Below are positions 1 to 11,834 of a stretch of 64,000 nucleotides of DNA, piece after piece (position 1 is the stretch's first letter; each line of letters begins with the position of its first letter). The notes under the pieces are model-generated. The model was given only the letters and a program-made list of their open reading frames with translations. It ran no database searches and had not been told where the DNA came from. Source of the DNA: Spirochaetia bacterium (GTDB lineage Bacteria > Spirochaetota > Spirochaetia > SZUA-6 > Bin103); assembly GCA_965203055.1 (NCBI GenBank), contig OZ241863.1:608001-672000 (forward strand), given 5' to 3'. The translations under genes and the position numbers were made by a program.

Positions 1-57
1 TACCGTACCCTCAAGCGCGACGCCAACGGCACGGAGCAGGCCGCGCCCCGCCAATAA
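1..57 (+). CDS. 3' end of an upstream gene (partial, unknown product)
   Basis: Frame 1 is open from base 1 (YRTLKRDANGTEQAAPRQ) to TAA at 55-57, with GC3-rich codons. Confidence 0.4.
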   Translation, partial: YRTLKRDANGTEQAAPRQ

Positions 58-205
58 TTCCCCGCCGCGCCGCCATGCAAGCGCCGCCGACGCCGCGCCG
101 TGGTAGCAGTCAGAGAAGTGGAACGTGGAGTTGCCGTCGATCCGCATGATCCGCCTGCCGGGGCCGTTGCTTCCGGCGCGCCGCCTTGGTAGGTTCCCCT
201 TGAAC

Positions 206-997
206 GTGAGCACTATCGGTTTCATCGGGGGCGGCAACATGGGACTCGCGCTGGCGCGGTGCCTGCAAGGCGCCGGCTTGGCCGAGCGGATCGCCGTGTA
301 CGACACGCGCGCCGAACGCGGGGCGCTGTTCAGCCGCGAGCTGACCGGCGTGACGGTGGCCGCCGACGCCGGCGAGGTGTGCCGCGCCGCCGACGCCTCC
401 TTTCTGGCGGTCAAGCCGCAGGACGTCACCGCGGCCACCGCCGCGCTTGGCGGCAGCGGCGGCCTGATCATCTCCATCGTCGCCGGCGTATCGTTGGCGC
501 GGCTGGCGGCGCGCCTGCCGCGCGCGCGGCTGGTGCGGGTCATGCCCAACACCCCGTGTCTGGTGGGAGCGATGGCGGCGGGATTCGCGCTGGGCGCGGG
601 CGCCGGCGCCCGCGACCGGGCGCTGGTGGGCCGCCTGCTGGCGGCGGCCGGAGCGGCCTGCGAAGTGCCGGAAGAACACCTGGACGCGGTGACCGGCCTC
701 AGCGGCTCGGGACCTGCCTACTTCGCGCGCCTCATCGAATGGCTCAGCGCCGCCGGCGTGCGCCAGGGGCTGGCGCCGGAGGTCGCCGCGGCGCTCACCG
801 TGCAGACCGCGCTCGGCACCGCCCTGCTCATGCGGCAACGCGCCATGGCGCCCGGCGACTTGGTGGACATGGTCAGCTCGCCCGGCGGAACCACCGTCGC
901 CGGGCGCCGCGAGCTGGAGTCGGGAGCGGTGCGCGCGGCCCTGGAGCGCACCGTGGCCGCGGCCACCGCCCGCAGCCGGGAACTGGGGAGCGCCTGA
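206..997 (+). CDS. proC: Pyrroline-5-carboxylate reductase
   Basis: IGFIGGGNMG, LAVKPQ, RVMPNTP, SGSGPAY and VSSPGGTT motifs. Start placed at GTG 206 (TTG 200 possible) rather than 125. Confidence 0.95.
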   Translation: MSTIGFIGGGNMGLALARCLQGAGLAERIAVYDTRAERGALFSRELTGVTVAADAGEVCRAADASFLAVKPQDVTAATAALGGSGGLIISIVAGVSLARLAARLPRARLVRVMPNTPCLVGAMAAGFALGAGAGARDRALVGRLLAAAGAACEVPEEHLDAVTGLSGSGPAYFARLIEWLSAAGVRQGLAPEVAAALTVQTALGTALLMRQRAMAPGDLVDMVSSPGGTTVAGRRELESGAVRAALERTVAAATARSRELGSA

Positions 998-1000
998 GAC

Positions 1001-2311
1001 ATGGCCCCTGCGGCACCTGATTCCTCGGCCGCCGCGGTGCGGGAGATGGCCCTGGCGGCGCGCGCCGCCGGCTACCGCCTGGCCGCCGCCTCGAGCTCGG
1101 CCAAGGACGCCGCCCTGGAGCGGATCGCCGCCAACCTGGAGGCGCGGCGCGGCGCCATCCTGGCCGCCAACCGGGCCGATCTGGACCAGGCCGCCGCGGG
1201 CGGCGTGGCGCCGCCGCTGATCGAGCGCCTCGGCCTGGAGAAGAAGTTCGCCGGCGTGGTGGAGGGAGTGCGCCAACTGCGCGCGCTGCCCGACCCGGTG
1301 GGCGCGGTGCAGTGGCGCCGCCGGTTGGACGACGACTTCGAGTTGACCCGGGTCGCGGTGCCGATCGGGGTGCTGGGGGTGGTGTTCGAGTCGCGCCCCG
1401 ACGCGCTGGTGCAGATCGCGGCGCTGTGCCTGAAGTCCGGCAACGCCGCCATCCTCAAGGGGGGCTCGGAGGCGAGCCGGACCAACGCCGCGCTGTTCGC
1501 CGCCATCGCCGCCGCGTTGGACGCCGATCCGGCATTGGCGGGCGCGCTGCACCTGGCGGCCACGCGCGCCGAGATCCAGTCTCTGCTGGCGTTGGACGAG
1601 CTGGTGGACCTGATCATCCCGCGCGGCAGCAACGAGTTGGTGCGGAACATCAAGGACGCCACCCGCATCCCGGTGTTGGGCCACGCCGACGGGATCTGCC
1701 ACGTGTACGTGGACGCCGCCGCCGACCTGGCCATGGCGGCGCGCATCACCCTCGATGCCAAGACCCAATACCCGGCGGTGTGCAACGCCGTCGAAACGCT
1801 GCTGGTGCACGCCGCGGTGGCCGAACGCTTCCTGCCCGCCGCGGCCGCGGAGCTGCGCGCCGCCGGGGTGGAGTTGCGCGGCGACGCCGCGGCCTGCGCG
1901 CTGATCGACGCCGCCCCGGCCGGGGAGGCCGATTGGGACGCCGAGTACCTGGACCTGGTGCTGGCGATCAAGGTGGTGGAGAGCCGCGCCGCGGCGATCG
2001 AGTTCATCAACGCCCACGGCAGCCACCACACCGATGCGATCGTTACCGGCGACGCCGCGGCCGCCGGCGAGTTCCTGGCGCGGGTCGATTCCGCCACCGT
2101 GTTGTGGAACGCCTCGACGCGCTTCGCCGACGGCTTCCGCTTCGGCATGGGGGCGGAGGTCGGCATCTCCACCAACCGCATTCACGCGCGCGGGCCGGTG
2201 GGTCTCGACGGGTTGGTGACCTACAAGTATCAGGTGCGCGGCAGCGGCCAGGTGGTGGCCGACTACGAGAGCGGCGCGCGCCGGTATCGCTTCGCGGAGC
2301 TCCCGCCGTGA
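1001..2311 (+). CDS. proA: Gamma-glutamyl phosphate reductase
   Basis: [42 protein letters not shown] and [14 protein letters not shown] motifs. Confidence 0.97.
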   Translation: MAPAAPDSSAAAVREMALAARAAGYRLAAASSSAKDAALERIAANLEARRGAILAANRADLDQAAAGGVAPPLIERLGLEKKFAGVVEGVRQLRALPDPVGAVQWRRRLDDDFELTRVAVPIGVLGVVFESRPDALVQIAALCLKSGNAAILKGGSEASRTNAALFAAIAAALDADPALAGALHLAATRAEIQSLLALDELVDLIIPRGSNELVRNIKDATRIPVLGHADGICHVYVDAAADLAMAARITLDAKTQYPAVCNAVETLLVHAAVAERFLPAAAAELRAAGVELRGDAAACALIDAAPAGEADWDAEYLDLVLAIKVVESRAAAIEFINAHGSHHTDAIVTGDAAAAGEFLARVDSATVLWNASTRFADGFRFGMGAEVGISTNRIHARGPVGLDGLVTYKYQVRGSGQVVADYESGARRYRFAELPP

Positions 2312-3147
2312 CGCGCCTGATCAAGATCGGCAGCGGCCTCATCGGACCCTCCGGGCGTCTGGATCACGTGTTCCTGGTAACCAAGTGCGCGGAAATCGCG
2401 GCGCTGATGGATGCCGGCGACCGCATTGTGCTGGTCAGCTCCGGGGCGGTCGCGGCCGGCATGGAGGTGACCGGGTTCGCGCAGCGCCCGGCGGAGGCCC
2501 TGGAGTTGCAGCTCCTGGCCGGCATCGGGCAGACCCGGTTGATGAAGTACTACCGCGACTACCTCGGCTACTACGACCGCCAGACGGCGCAGTTGCTCCT
2601 GACTCACTACAGCTTCGCCACGCCGCGCGAGGAGCGCACCGTGACCGAGCTGCTGCTGGCGTATCTGCAGCGCGGGATCGTGCCGATCATCAACGAGAAC
2701 GACATGGTGAACAAGGAGGAGCTGGAGCACCGCGGCCGCTTTACCGACAACGATATTCTGGCCGCCCTGGTGGCCGAGCGCCTGCACGTCGATCAGGCGC
2801 TGCTGCTCACCGACGTGGCCGGGCTGATGCATCGCCGGGAGGGCGCGGACGGCGCCGCGGCGGACACGCTGGTGCGCACCGTGCCGGCGGTGACCGAGGA
2901 GATCAAGGCGCTGGCCTGGGGCACGCGGTCGGCGGTCGGGCTGGGCGGCATGTTTTCCAAGGTGGTGGCCGCCGAACGGATGACGGCCTGCGGCATCGAG
3001 GTGATCGTCGGCAACGGCCGCCTGCCGCTCGACCGGCTGCTCCATGATCCCGCGCAGCGCACCCTGTTCCTCGCGCAGCGGGCGATCGAACCGCCTGCGG
3101 CGCCGGCAGCTTCCGCGCCCGCCGGCCAGGCCGCCGCCGCGGGCTAG
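2308..3147 (+). CDS. proB: Glutamate 5-kinase (short form, no PUA domain)
   Basis: GTG overlaps the proA stop (GTGA). [30 protein letters not shown] and GLGGMFSK motifs. This is the C-terminal part of ORF 1312..3147. Confidence 0.93.
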   Translation: MTRLIKIGSGLIGPSGRLDHVFLVTKCAEIAALMDAGDRIVLVSSGAVAAGMEVTGFAQRPAEALELQLLAGIGQTRLMKYYRDYLGYYDRQTAQLLLTHYSFATPREERTVTELLLAYLQRGIVPIINENDMVNKEELEHRGRFTDNDILAALVAERLHVDQALLLTDVAGLMHRREGADGAAADTLVRTVPAVTEEIKALAWGTRSAVGLGGMFSKVVAAERMTACGIEVIVGNGRLPLDRLLHDPAQRTLFLAQRAIEPPAAPAASAPAGQAAAAG

Positions 3148-4427
3148 CGCGCGGCGGCGGCCAGCGCCTCCGCCAGGGCCGCGCACTCGGCGCGGGTGTG
3201 GGCGGTGGCGAGGAACCCCACCTCGTAACCGGAGGGCGGCAGGTAGAGTCCGCGCTCCAGGAAGCCGGCGTAGGCGCGGTTGAAGCGCTCGATCGCCGGC
3301 TCGGCAATCTGATGCGCCGCCCGCGGCGGGCCGGAGGAAGCGTAGTAGGGCCACAGCATCGATCCGCGGCGGATGAGCTGCAGCCCCGGCGCGGCCGCCG
3401 CCCGCACCGCCTGCTCCACGGCCGCGCCGAGCGCTTCCAGCTCGGCGTAGCGCTGCGGATCGGCCAGCGCCTGCAGGGTAGCGCTGCCGGCCGCCACCGA
3501 CAGCGGGTTGCCGCTCAGGGTGCCGGCCTGGTACACCGGCCCGGCCGGCGCCAGCAGCTCCAGCAGTCGGGCGCTGCCGGCCACGGCGCCGATCGGCAGG
3601 CCGCCGCCGATGATCTTGCCGAGGGTGATCAGGTCGGGCTGCAGCCGCGCGGCCGCCGCCGAGGCCCCGTAGCGCAAGCGGAAGCCGGTGATCACCTCGT
3701 CCGCAATGAGCAGCGCGCCCGCGCGGCGGGTCACCGCGGCGACGTGGTCGAGAAATTCGGCGCGCTGCGGCAGCAGCCCATTGTTGGCCGGCACCGGCTC
3801 CAGGATGGTGGCGGCGATTTCGCTGCCGCGGGCGGCGAAGGCGGCGCTCGCCGATTCCTCGTCATCCAACCGCGCCACCAGCGTGGCCGCGGCGGTGGCC
3901 GCCGGCACTCCTGCGGAGCTGGCCAGCCCGGTGGTGGCCAGCCCGGATCCGGCCTTGACCAGCAGGCTGTCGTGATGGCCGTGGTAGCCGCCTTCGAACT
4001 TGAGGATCAGCGGCCGGCCGGTGGCGCCGCGGGCAATGCGCAGGGCGGTCATCACCGCCTCGGTACCGGAACTCACCAGGCGCACCCGCTCGGCGCCGGG
4101 ATAACCGTTCAGAATCAGCTCCGCCAGCTCCGCCTCCGCGGCGTGGCAGGCGCCGAAGGAGAGCCCGCGCGCGGCCGCCTCCCGCACCGCGCGCACTACC
4201 TCCGGGTGGGCGTGGCCGAGGATCAGCGGCCCCCAGGACTGGCAGAAGTCGACGTAATCGTGGCCGTCCGCGTCCCGCATCCGGCTGCCGCTGCCGCGCG
4301 CGAAGAACACCGGCGTGCCTCCCACCGCCCCGAACGCCCGCACCGGGCTGTTGACGCCGCCCGGCAACCGCTCCACGGCCCGCGCGTAGAGGCGCGCCGA
4401 TTCCGGCCGCTGCCTTGTCCCGCTCAT
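3144..4427 (-). CDS. hemL: Glutamate-1-semialdehyde 2,1-aminomutase
   Basis: LPGGVNSPVRAF, SWGPLILGH, SSGTEA, DEVITGFR, PLP-lysine GKIIGGGLP, YQAGTLSGNP. ATG 4427 overlaps the hemC stop. Confidence 0.96.
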   Translation of the reverse strand: MSGTRQRPESARLYARAVERLPGGVNSPVRAFGAVGGTPVFFARGSGSRMRDADGHDYVDFCQSWGPLILGHAHPEVVRAVREAAARGLSFGACHAAEAELAELILNGYPGAERVRLVSSGTEAVMTALRIARGATGRPLILKFEGGYHGHHDSLLVKAGSGLATTGLASSAGVPAATAAATLVARLDDEESASAAFAARGSEIAATILEPVPANNGLLPQRAEFLDHVAAVTRRAGALLIADEVITGFRLRYGASAAAARLQPDLITLGKIIGGGLPIGAVAGSARLLELLAPAGPVYQAGTLSGNPLSVAAGSATLQALADPQRYAELEALGAAVEQAVRAAAAPGLQLIRRGSMLWPYYASSGPPRAAHQIAEPAIERFNRAYAGFLERGLYLPPSGYEVGFLATAHTRAECAALAEALAAAAR

Positions 4428-5608
4428 GTTCCCGTCAACCTCCAAAGGCGCCAGCGCGCATCCCGACTGGTGCGCTCGACCCCCGGCGGCGCCCCGCCGC
4501 CGGCCCACGCCGCCACCGCCCGCAGACAATCCGCCGCCGAACCGCGCAGCCGATAGCTCCGCCAGGCGCCGGCGCCGGCGGCAGGGTCCGCGCCGCCCGC
4601 GGCGGCGAAGCCGTAATCCAGTATCCAGCCCTGATCCTCCGCCGGCCTGGCGTACGCGCCGCAGGCGGCGGCGCAGCCGCCGCCGAGCGCCTGCAGCAGG
4701 GAGCGTTCCAGGGTAACCGCGGCGCGGGTGGCGGCGTGGTCGACCGCCGCCAGCCGCGCCGCGGCCGCGCTCGCCGGGCGCGCCTGCACTGCCACCGCCC
4801 CCTGCCCCGGGGCCGGCGCCCAGCGCTCCGGCGGAAGCGCCACCAGGCGCAGGCCGGCGACCGCCGCGCGCAGGCGCTGCAGCCCGGCCGCGGCCAGCAG
4901 CAGCGCCGCCACGCCGCCTTCGCGGCAGCGCCGCAGGCGGGTCGGAACGTTGCCGCGCAGCGCGGTCGGGCGCGCTTGCGGCGCGTAGTGGCGCAGCAGC
5001 GCGGCGCGGCGCGGCGAGCTGGTGCCCACCGCGGCGCCGGGCCGCAGCCCGAGCGGCGCCGCCGGCGCGAACCAGCGCGGCGCGATTACCAGCACGTCGT
5101 GCGCCGCGGCGCGCGGCAGGATGGCGGCCAGACACAGCTCCGGGGGCTGCTCCAGGGGCAGGTCCTTGAGCGAGTGGACCGCCGCCTGCGCCGCGCCGTC
5201 CCGCACCGCGGCCGCGACTTCCGCGGTGAACAGCCCCGGACTGGTACGGGCGAGGGCGGCCAGAGACGCGGCGCCGCCGCCCGCGCCCGCCGCGCCCGGC
5301 GCCGCGCTGCGGTCGCCGCGCGTGGTCACCGGCATGATGCGCCACGCAGCGCCCCCTTCCGCGGCGCTCAGCGCCGCCTGCACCAGGCGCGCCTGCGCCA
5401 GCGCCAGGGCGCTGCCGCGGGTGGCGAGCACCAGCCCGGGCGGCGCGCCGCCCGCCGCTGCCGTGCCGGCCGGCGCCGCGCGGACCGCCGCCCCGCGGCC
5501 CCCGGCGCCGGCCGCCGCCGCCGGCCGGCCCGCGCCGTTGCCGCCGTCCGCGCCGTTGGCCGAGCGCGCGGCGCCCGGCGCGCGCTCAGGCCGGGAAGTG
5601 GCGGCCAA
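4424..5608 (-). CDS. hemC: Hydroxymethylbilane synthase (porphobilinogen deaminase); start uncertain
   Basis: ATRGSALALAQ, VHSLKDLP, GTSSPRR, LRGNVPTRL, PAPGQGA and LGGGC (cofactor Cys) motifs. Confidence 0.9.
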   Translation of the reverse strand: MAATSRPERAPGAARSANGADGGNGAGRPAAAAGAGGRGAAVRAAPAGTAAAGGAPPGLVLATRGSALALAQARLVQAALSAAEGGAAWRIMPVTTRGDRSAAPGAAGAGGGAASLAALARTSPGLFTAEVAAAVRDGAAQAAVHSLKDLPLEQPPELCLAAILPRAAAHDVLVIAPRWFAPAAPLGLRPGAAVGTSSPRRAALLRHYAPQARPTALRGNVPTRLRRCREGGVAALLLAAAGLQRLRAAVAGLRLVALPPERWAPAPGQGAVAVQARPASAAAARLAAVDHAATRAAVTLERSLLQALGGGCAAACGAYARPAEDQGWILDYGFAAAGGADPAAGAGAWRSYRLRGSAADCLRAVAAWAGGGAPPGVERTSRDARWRLWRLTGT

Positions 5609-5609
5609 G

Positions 5610-6761
5610 TCAGGCGTCCGCCCGGTCCACTGCCGGCGCCTGCTTCAGGACCCGCCGGTAGAGGGCCTCGAAGCGGGGCACCACCAGTTCGCAGCCAAAG
5701 CTCTTCGCCTGCTCGCGGCCGGCCTCGCCGCACCGCCGGTGGAGCTGTTCATCGGTGAGCAGCTCGACGGCGCGCGCCGCCATGGCGTCCACGTCGCCCG
5801 GCGGCAGCAGGTACCCGGCGCGGCCGTCCGGCACCACCTCCGGCAGGCCGCCGGTGCGGCTGGCGACGACCGGCACCCGACTGGCCATCGCTTCCAGCGC
5901 CACCAGGCCGAAGCTCTCCGCAGCGCTCGGCAGCAACAGCAGGTCGGTGGTCTGCAGGAACGGGGCCACGTCGTCCACCACCCCGACCGTCGTGACGTCG
6001 TCCGCTACCTCCAGGCGGCGCGCCAGCGCCAGCGCGCGGCTCAGATCGGGGCCGTCGCCCACCAGCACCAGCCGCGCATCCACCCGCCGGCGGATGCGGG
6101 CGAACACCTCGATGACGTCCGCGGCGCGCTTGACCGGCCGGAAGTTGGAGATGTGCAGCACCTGCTTCGGGGCCGCGGCCTGGCTCCGGTCCGGCCCCCC
6201 GTCGGGCCGCCCGCGCGCGGAGCCGTAGTGCCCGAGTTCCACGCAGTTCGGGATTACCTCGATGGGACGGGTGACCTGGAAGGTGTCCGCGGTTTCGCGC
6301 CGCAGATACTCCGACACGGTGGTCACCGCGTCCGACTGCTCGATGGCAAAGCGGGTCACCGGGTGGAAGTAGGGCGCCGCCCCCACCAGCGAGGTGTCGG
6401 TGCCGTGCAGGGTGGTCACCACCTTCAGGTTCAGCTCCGGCGCCATCTGCCGCGCCAGAATCGCCGCCGGCGAAAACGGAATGGCGTAGTGCACGTGCAG
6501 GATCCGCAGGGCGTTGGCGGCGGCTACCTCCACCATCTTGGCGGCCAGCGCGAGCGTGTAGGGAAATTGCTTGAGCAACGGATATTCCCCGGCCTGCACT
6601 TCGTGAAAGGTGACGCGCGGCGGCAGCTCCACCAGGCGCAACGGCGCGGCGTAGCTGATGAAGGAGATGGTGTGCCCGCGCAGCGCGAGCTGCTTGCCCA
6701 GTTCGGTCGCGAATACCCCGCTGCCGCCGTGCGTGGGGTAGCAGGTAATGCCTAGTCGCAC
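5610..6761 (-). CDS. bshA: N-acetyl-alpha-D-glucosaminyl L-malate synthase (GT4)
   Basis: GITCYPTHGGSG, HVHYAIP, TTLHGTD, HISNFRPVKR and ESFGLVALEAM motifs typical of BshA; adjacent to bshC. Confidence 0.92.
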   Translation of the reverse strand: MRLGITCYPTHGGSGVFATELGKQLALRGHTISFISYAAPLRLVELPPRVTFHEVQAGEYPLLKQFPYTLALAAKMVEVAAANALRILHVHYAIPFSPAAILARQMAPELNLKVVTTLHGTDTSLVGAAPYFHPVTRFAIEQSDAVTTVSEYLRRETADTFQVTRPIEVIPNCVELGHYGSARGRPDGGPDRSQAAAPKQVLHISNFRPVKRAADVIEVFARIRRRVDARLVLVGDGPDLSRALALARRLEVADDVTTVGVVDDVAPFLQTTDLLLLPSAAESFGLVALEAMASRVPVVASRTGGLPEVVPDGRAGYLLPPGDVDAMAARAVELLTDEQLHRRCGEAGREQAKSFGCELVVPRFEALYRRVLKQAPAVDRADA

Positions 6762-8311
6762 GCGCCGTCCACGTCATACACCAGCAGCTCGTGGTCCGTC
6801 TCCAGCGGATCGCAGGCGGCCAGCAGCGCGCCCGGCAACTGCGGTCCGTAGCGGCTCACGAAGTGCGCCGCCGGCAGCACCCGCTCCTGCGGCCGGGCGC
6901 GCGGCCACACCTCGTCGCGCAGCCGCTGCAGCGCGCGCCGCGCCGCGCCGCGGCGGCTCATCAGCGCGCGCGCGGTGCGTTCCTCCAGGCGCTCCGCGGC
7001 GCGTTCCGCGTGGCCCAGGCTGCGCCGCCAGGTATGCGCCAGATTGGGGTCGGCGGCGGTGACGTGCGCTTCCAGCGGCTGCCACAACTCGCTCAGGCGG
7101 CGCCGCAGCGCGGCGAAGCGGGCGCGCTCGGTGGCCGGCACCGCGGCGTTGAAGGCCGCCCGCACCGAGAACTCGGGACCCACGATCTGCTCCGGCAGCA
7201 GGTCGAAGTGGGCGAGCACGGAGACGGCGCCGGCCGGGGCGATGGTGTAGCTGCGGCGCGCGGCGATGAGGGGTTGCGGCACCTCGAACAACCGATAGAC
7301 GCCCTGCAGCATGGCGTGGTAGGCCACTTCCCCCGGTCCCAGGACGGTGGCCACCGAGGGCAGCGCCAGGTCCGCCAGCACCGGCCGCAGCGCCGCGTCG
7401 GTGGACAGCTTCGCCTCCGGGGCGGGCGCCGCGCCCGGCTCCAGGCGGACGCGGCGCCCGCCCGCGGCGTGAAACAGGGTGCCCGCGCGCGCCGGATCGA
7501 GCGGCGCCGGGTAGCCGTCGGCCGCCAGCGCCGCGGCGGCCTGCTCCAGGGCGCGCCGCACCTGCCCCGCGGCCGCGGCCGCACGGGCGTAGAAGTCCGG
7601 GAACAACGGCCGCAACAGGCGCGGCTCCAGGATGACGAGGCCGTGCTCCCCGAACAGCCGCGCCAGCGCCGCGGCCAGCGAGTGGGCGAAGCCGCCGCCG
7701 CGCGGCGCGAACAACTCGCGGGCGTAGGCCGCGAACTTGCCGTCGCCCTGGCGTTCGAAGAACCGCTCCGCCGCCTGCCGCACTTCCGGCGTGACCGGCA
7801 GCTCCTCGATCGAGCGGCCTTCACCCTCCCAATCGAACCGCGCGCGCCCCACGCTGCCGTCGGCCGCGAGGTAGTGAGCGTGGTTGATCTCACCCAGGTC
7901 GTGATCCTCGGAGGCCAGCCAGAACACCGGTACGCACCGCCGTCCCAGCTCCTCCTGGCAGCGGTTCGCCAGGCGAATCGCGCTGGCGATCTTGTACAAG
8001 GTATAGCCAGGCCCGCCCATGAAGCCGGCCTGCTGGCCGGTATGCACGCAGCAGGTGCCGGCGTCGGCCAGCGCGGCGGCGCCGGCGACCGCCGCCTCCG
8101 GCGCCCCGAGCGTCCGGTTGTAGCGCGCCAGCGCCGCGGCGAGATCGGGCTGCGCCGCGCCGGCGGCATCGCGCGCGCGCAACGCGCCCGCGGCGTCGCC
8201 GCCGGCGTGGGTGAAGTAGCGGTCCACACGCCCCGCCAGGTAGTCGAGGTAGAAGCGGCTGCCCCCGTACACCTGGGTCATGGGGACGCGATGAGACTCG
8301 ATCAGTCGCAA
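6752..8311 (-). CDS. bshC: Bacillithiol biosynthesis cysteine-adding enzyme
   Basis: TGQQAGFMGGP..TLYK, PVFWLASEDHD..EINH, GPGEVAY and PQER motifs. TTG start with GAGGAGG RBS. Confidence 0.9.
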   Translation of the reverse strand: MRLIESHRVPMTQVYGGSRFYLDYLAGRVDRYFTHAGGDAAGALRARDAAGAAQPDLAAALARYNRTLGAPEAAVAGAAALADAGTCCVHTGQQAGFMGGPGYTLYKIASAIRLANRCQEELGRRCVPVFWLASEDHDLGEINHAHYLAADGSVGRARFDWEGEGRSIEELPVTPEVRQAAERFFERQGDGKFAAYARELFAPRGGGFAHSLAAALARLFGEHGLVILEPRLLRPLFPDFYARAAAAAGQVRRALEQAAAALAADGYPAPLDPARAGTLFHAAGGRRVRLEPGAAPAPEAKLSTDAALRPVLADLALPSVATVLGPGEVAYHAMLQGVYRLFEVPQPLIAARRSYTIAPAGAVSVLAHFDLLPEQIVGPEFSVRAAFNAAVPATERARFAALRRRLSELWQPLEAHVTAADPNLAHTWRRSLGHAERAAERLEERTARALMSRRGAARRALQRLRDEVWPRARPQERVLPAAHFVSRYGPQLPGALLAACDPLETDHELLVYDVDGACD

Positions 8312-8374
8312 GCCGGCCTCCTCAGCCCCGGACGCCGCGGCCCCGGACCCCGCGGCGGCCGCGCGCTGCCGCGG

Positions 8375-8638
8375 TCAGGCGGGCAGGCGCGAATGGGTCC
8401 CGTCGCAGAATGGGTCTTTGTCAGTCTGCTTGCACTGACACAGCGCGTAGTTGCGCCGCTCCTCAACGGTGAACTGCAACGGCTCGAACTGGCTGCCCTG
8501 GTGGGAACCGTCGCAGAACGGCTGATTCCGGCTCTGGCCGCACCGGCACCACCAGTAGCTGCCCGGCTCCAGATTCAATACCGCCGGCATCCGTTCGGCA
8601 ATCTGCCCCTTGGCCTGGTTGTCGGTCATCTCGTGCAT
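8375..8638 (-). CDS. CDGSH iron-sulfur domain protein (two CDGSH motifs)
   Basis: WCRCGQSRNQPFCDGSH and LCQCKQTDKDPFCDGTH. AGGAG upstream of ATG 8638 (ATG 8629 is an alternative). Confidence 0.92.
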   Translation of the reverse strand: MHEMTDNQAKGQIAERMPAVLNLEPGSYWWCRCGQSRNQPFCDGSHQGSQFEPLQFTVEERRNYALCQCKQTDKDPFCDGTHSRLPA

Positions 8639-8880
8639 CTCGTGAGCGCTCCTGCGCAAACTGTACCGAAGAACGAAGCCGCCCTGCAACGCGGGTGTCC
8701 CGCCCGCCCCCGCCCGCCCGGCTCCGCTGGTCCGCTCGCCGCTGACGCCGCTTCCCGCAAACCGGTTGACTCTGCGGCTCGAATAGTGGCAGTTATTATG
8801 ACGAATCCTCACCAACCCCGACTGCCGGCGGTGCGCTGCGTTCCCGGTCGCGCGCACCGGCTGCGGCGGCTGGAGTCTGC

Positions 8881-10041
8881 ATGCTCATATTTGCACCACA
8901 GGAAACCGACCCCAACGAGCCGCGCGCCGCCGTCACCCCGGAGACCGCCGCCCGCCTGGTCAAGCTGGGCGCCGCGGTGGCGGTCGAGAGCGGCATCGGC
9001 GCCGGCGCCAACTACTCCGACGCCGCCTACGAGAAGGCCGGCGCCGCGCTGCGCGGCGACCGCGCCGCGGCGTTGCGCGAAGCTGACGTGGTACTGCGCG
9101 TGCGCCGGCCTCCGGCCGCGGAGGTCGCGCTGCTCAAGCAGGGGGCGGTCCACGTCAGCTTCCTCGACCCCTTCAACGAGACCGCGCTGGTCGACGCGCT
9201 GGCGCAGCAGGGGGTGAGCGCCGTCAGCATGGAGCTGGTGCCGCGTTCCACCCGCGCCCAGAAGCTGGACGCCCTCAGCTCGCAGCACAGCATCGCCGGC
9301 TATGCCATGGTGTTGATGGCCGCGGACCGGCTCAAGACCATCCTGCCGATGATGGTGACGCCGTCGGGCACGCTGCAGCCGGCGCGGGTGTTCGTGATCG
9401 GCGCCGGGGTCGCGGGCCTGCAGGCGATCGCCACCGCCAAGCGGCTCGGCGCGCGGGTCGAAGCGTTCGACACCCGGCCCGACGTGGCCGAGCAGGTGGA
9501 GTCGCTCGGCGCCCGGTTCGTCAAGGTCGATCTCGGGGAGACCGGCCAGACCGAGCAGGGCTACGCCAAGGCGCTCACCCCGGAGCAGCTCGACAAGCAG
9601 CGCGCGGCGATGGCCGACCGCTGCGCCCAATCCGACATCGTCATCACCACCGCGCAGCTCTTCGGACGCAAGGCGCCGGTGGTCGTCACCGGCGACATGG
9701 TGGGGCGCATGAAGCCGGGCAGCATCATCGTCGACTACGCGGTGGAGTCGGGCGGCAACGTGGAGGGTTCGCAAGCCGGCGAGGACGTCGACGCCGGCGG
9801 AGTGCTGATCATCGGCTACCGCAACGTTCCGGGGCGGCTGGCCACCTCCGCCAGCCAGATGTACGCCAACAATCTGTACAACTTCGTCGACGAGTTCTGG
9901 GATCAGGACAGCAAGTCGTTCACCCTGAACCGCGCCGACGAGATCATCTCCGGCAGCCTGGTGACCCACGGCGGCGAGCTGGTCAACGAGATGGTCAAGA
10001 GCATTACCGGCAAGCAGCCGCAAACCGCCAACAGCGGTTGA
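8881..10041 (+). CDS. pntAa: NAD(P) transhydrogenase alpha subunit part 1 (dI)
   Basis: VESGIG, SMELVPRSTRAQKLDALSS, GAGVAGLQAIATAKRLGA and GGNVEG motifs. Confidence 0.96.
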   Translation: MLIFAPQETDPNEPRAAVTPETAARLVKLGAAVAVESGIGAGANYSDAAYEKAGAALRGDRAAALREADVVLRVRRPPAAEVALLKQGAVHVSFLDPFNETALVDALAQQGVSAVSMELVPRSTRAQKLDALSSQHSIAGYAMVLMAADRLKTILPMMVTPSGTLQPARVFVIGAGVAGLQAIATAKRLGARVEAFDTRPDVAEQVESLGARFVKVDLGETGQTEQGYAKALTPEQLDKQRAAMADRCAQSDIVITTAQLFGRKAPVVVTGDMVGRMKPGSIIVDYAVESGGNVEGSQAGEDVDAGGVLIIGYRNVPGRLATSASQMYANNLYNFVDEFWDQDSKSFTLNRADEIISGSLVTHGGELVNEMVKSITGKQPQTANSG

Positions 10042-10052
10042 CCGAGGGGTTC

Positions 10053-10372
10053 ATGGAAGCGCTACAGCAGTTCGAGTTTCTGTTCTTCATCTTCATCCTG
10101 GCCATGTTTCTCGGCCTGGAGTTGATCACCAAGGTGCCGTCCCAGTTGCACACGCCGCTCATGTCCGGCTCCAACGCCATCTCCGGCATTTCGCTGGTCG
10201 GCGCGCTGATCACCCTGGAGGCGCGCGGCGTGGACAGCACCCTCACTACCATCCTGGGGGCCTGCGCCGTCGGCTTCGCCACCATCAACGTGGTGGGCGG
10301 ATACCTGGTCACGGACCGCATGCTGGAGATGTTCAAGACGCGGCCGGCGGCGGGCAAGAAGGGAGGCGGCGC

Positions 10373-10376
<4 letters not shown>
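10053..10376 (+). CDS. pntAb: NAD(P) transhydrogenase alpha subunit part 2 (membrane)
   Basis: KVPSQLHTPLMSGSNAISG and INVVGGYLVTDRMLEMF motifs. Confidence 0.95.
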
Positions 10377-11806
<1,430 letters not shown>

Positions 11807-11834
11807 CCCCGCGCGCCGGCGGCCCCGTGCCACC

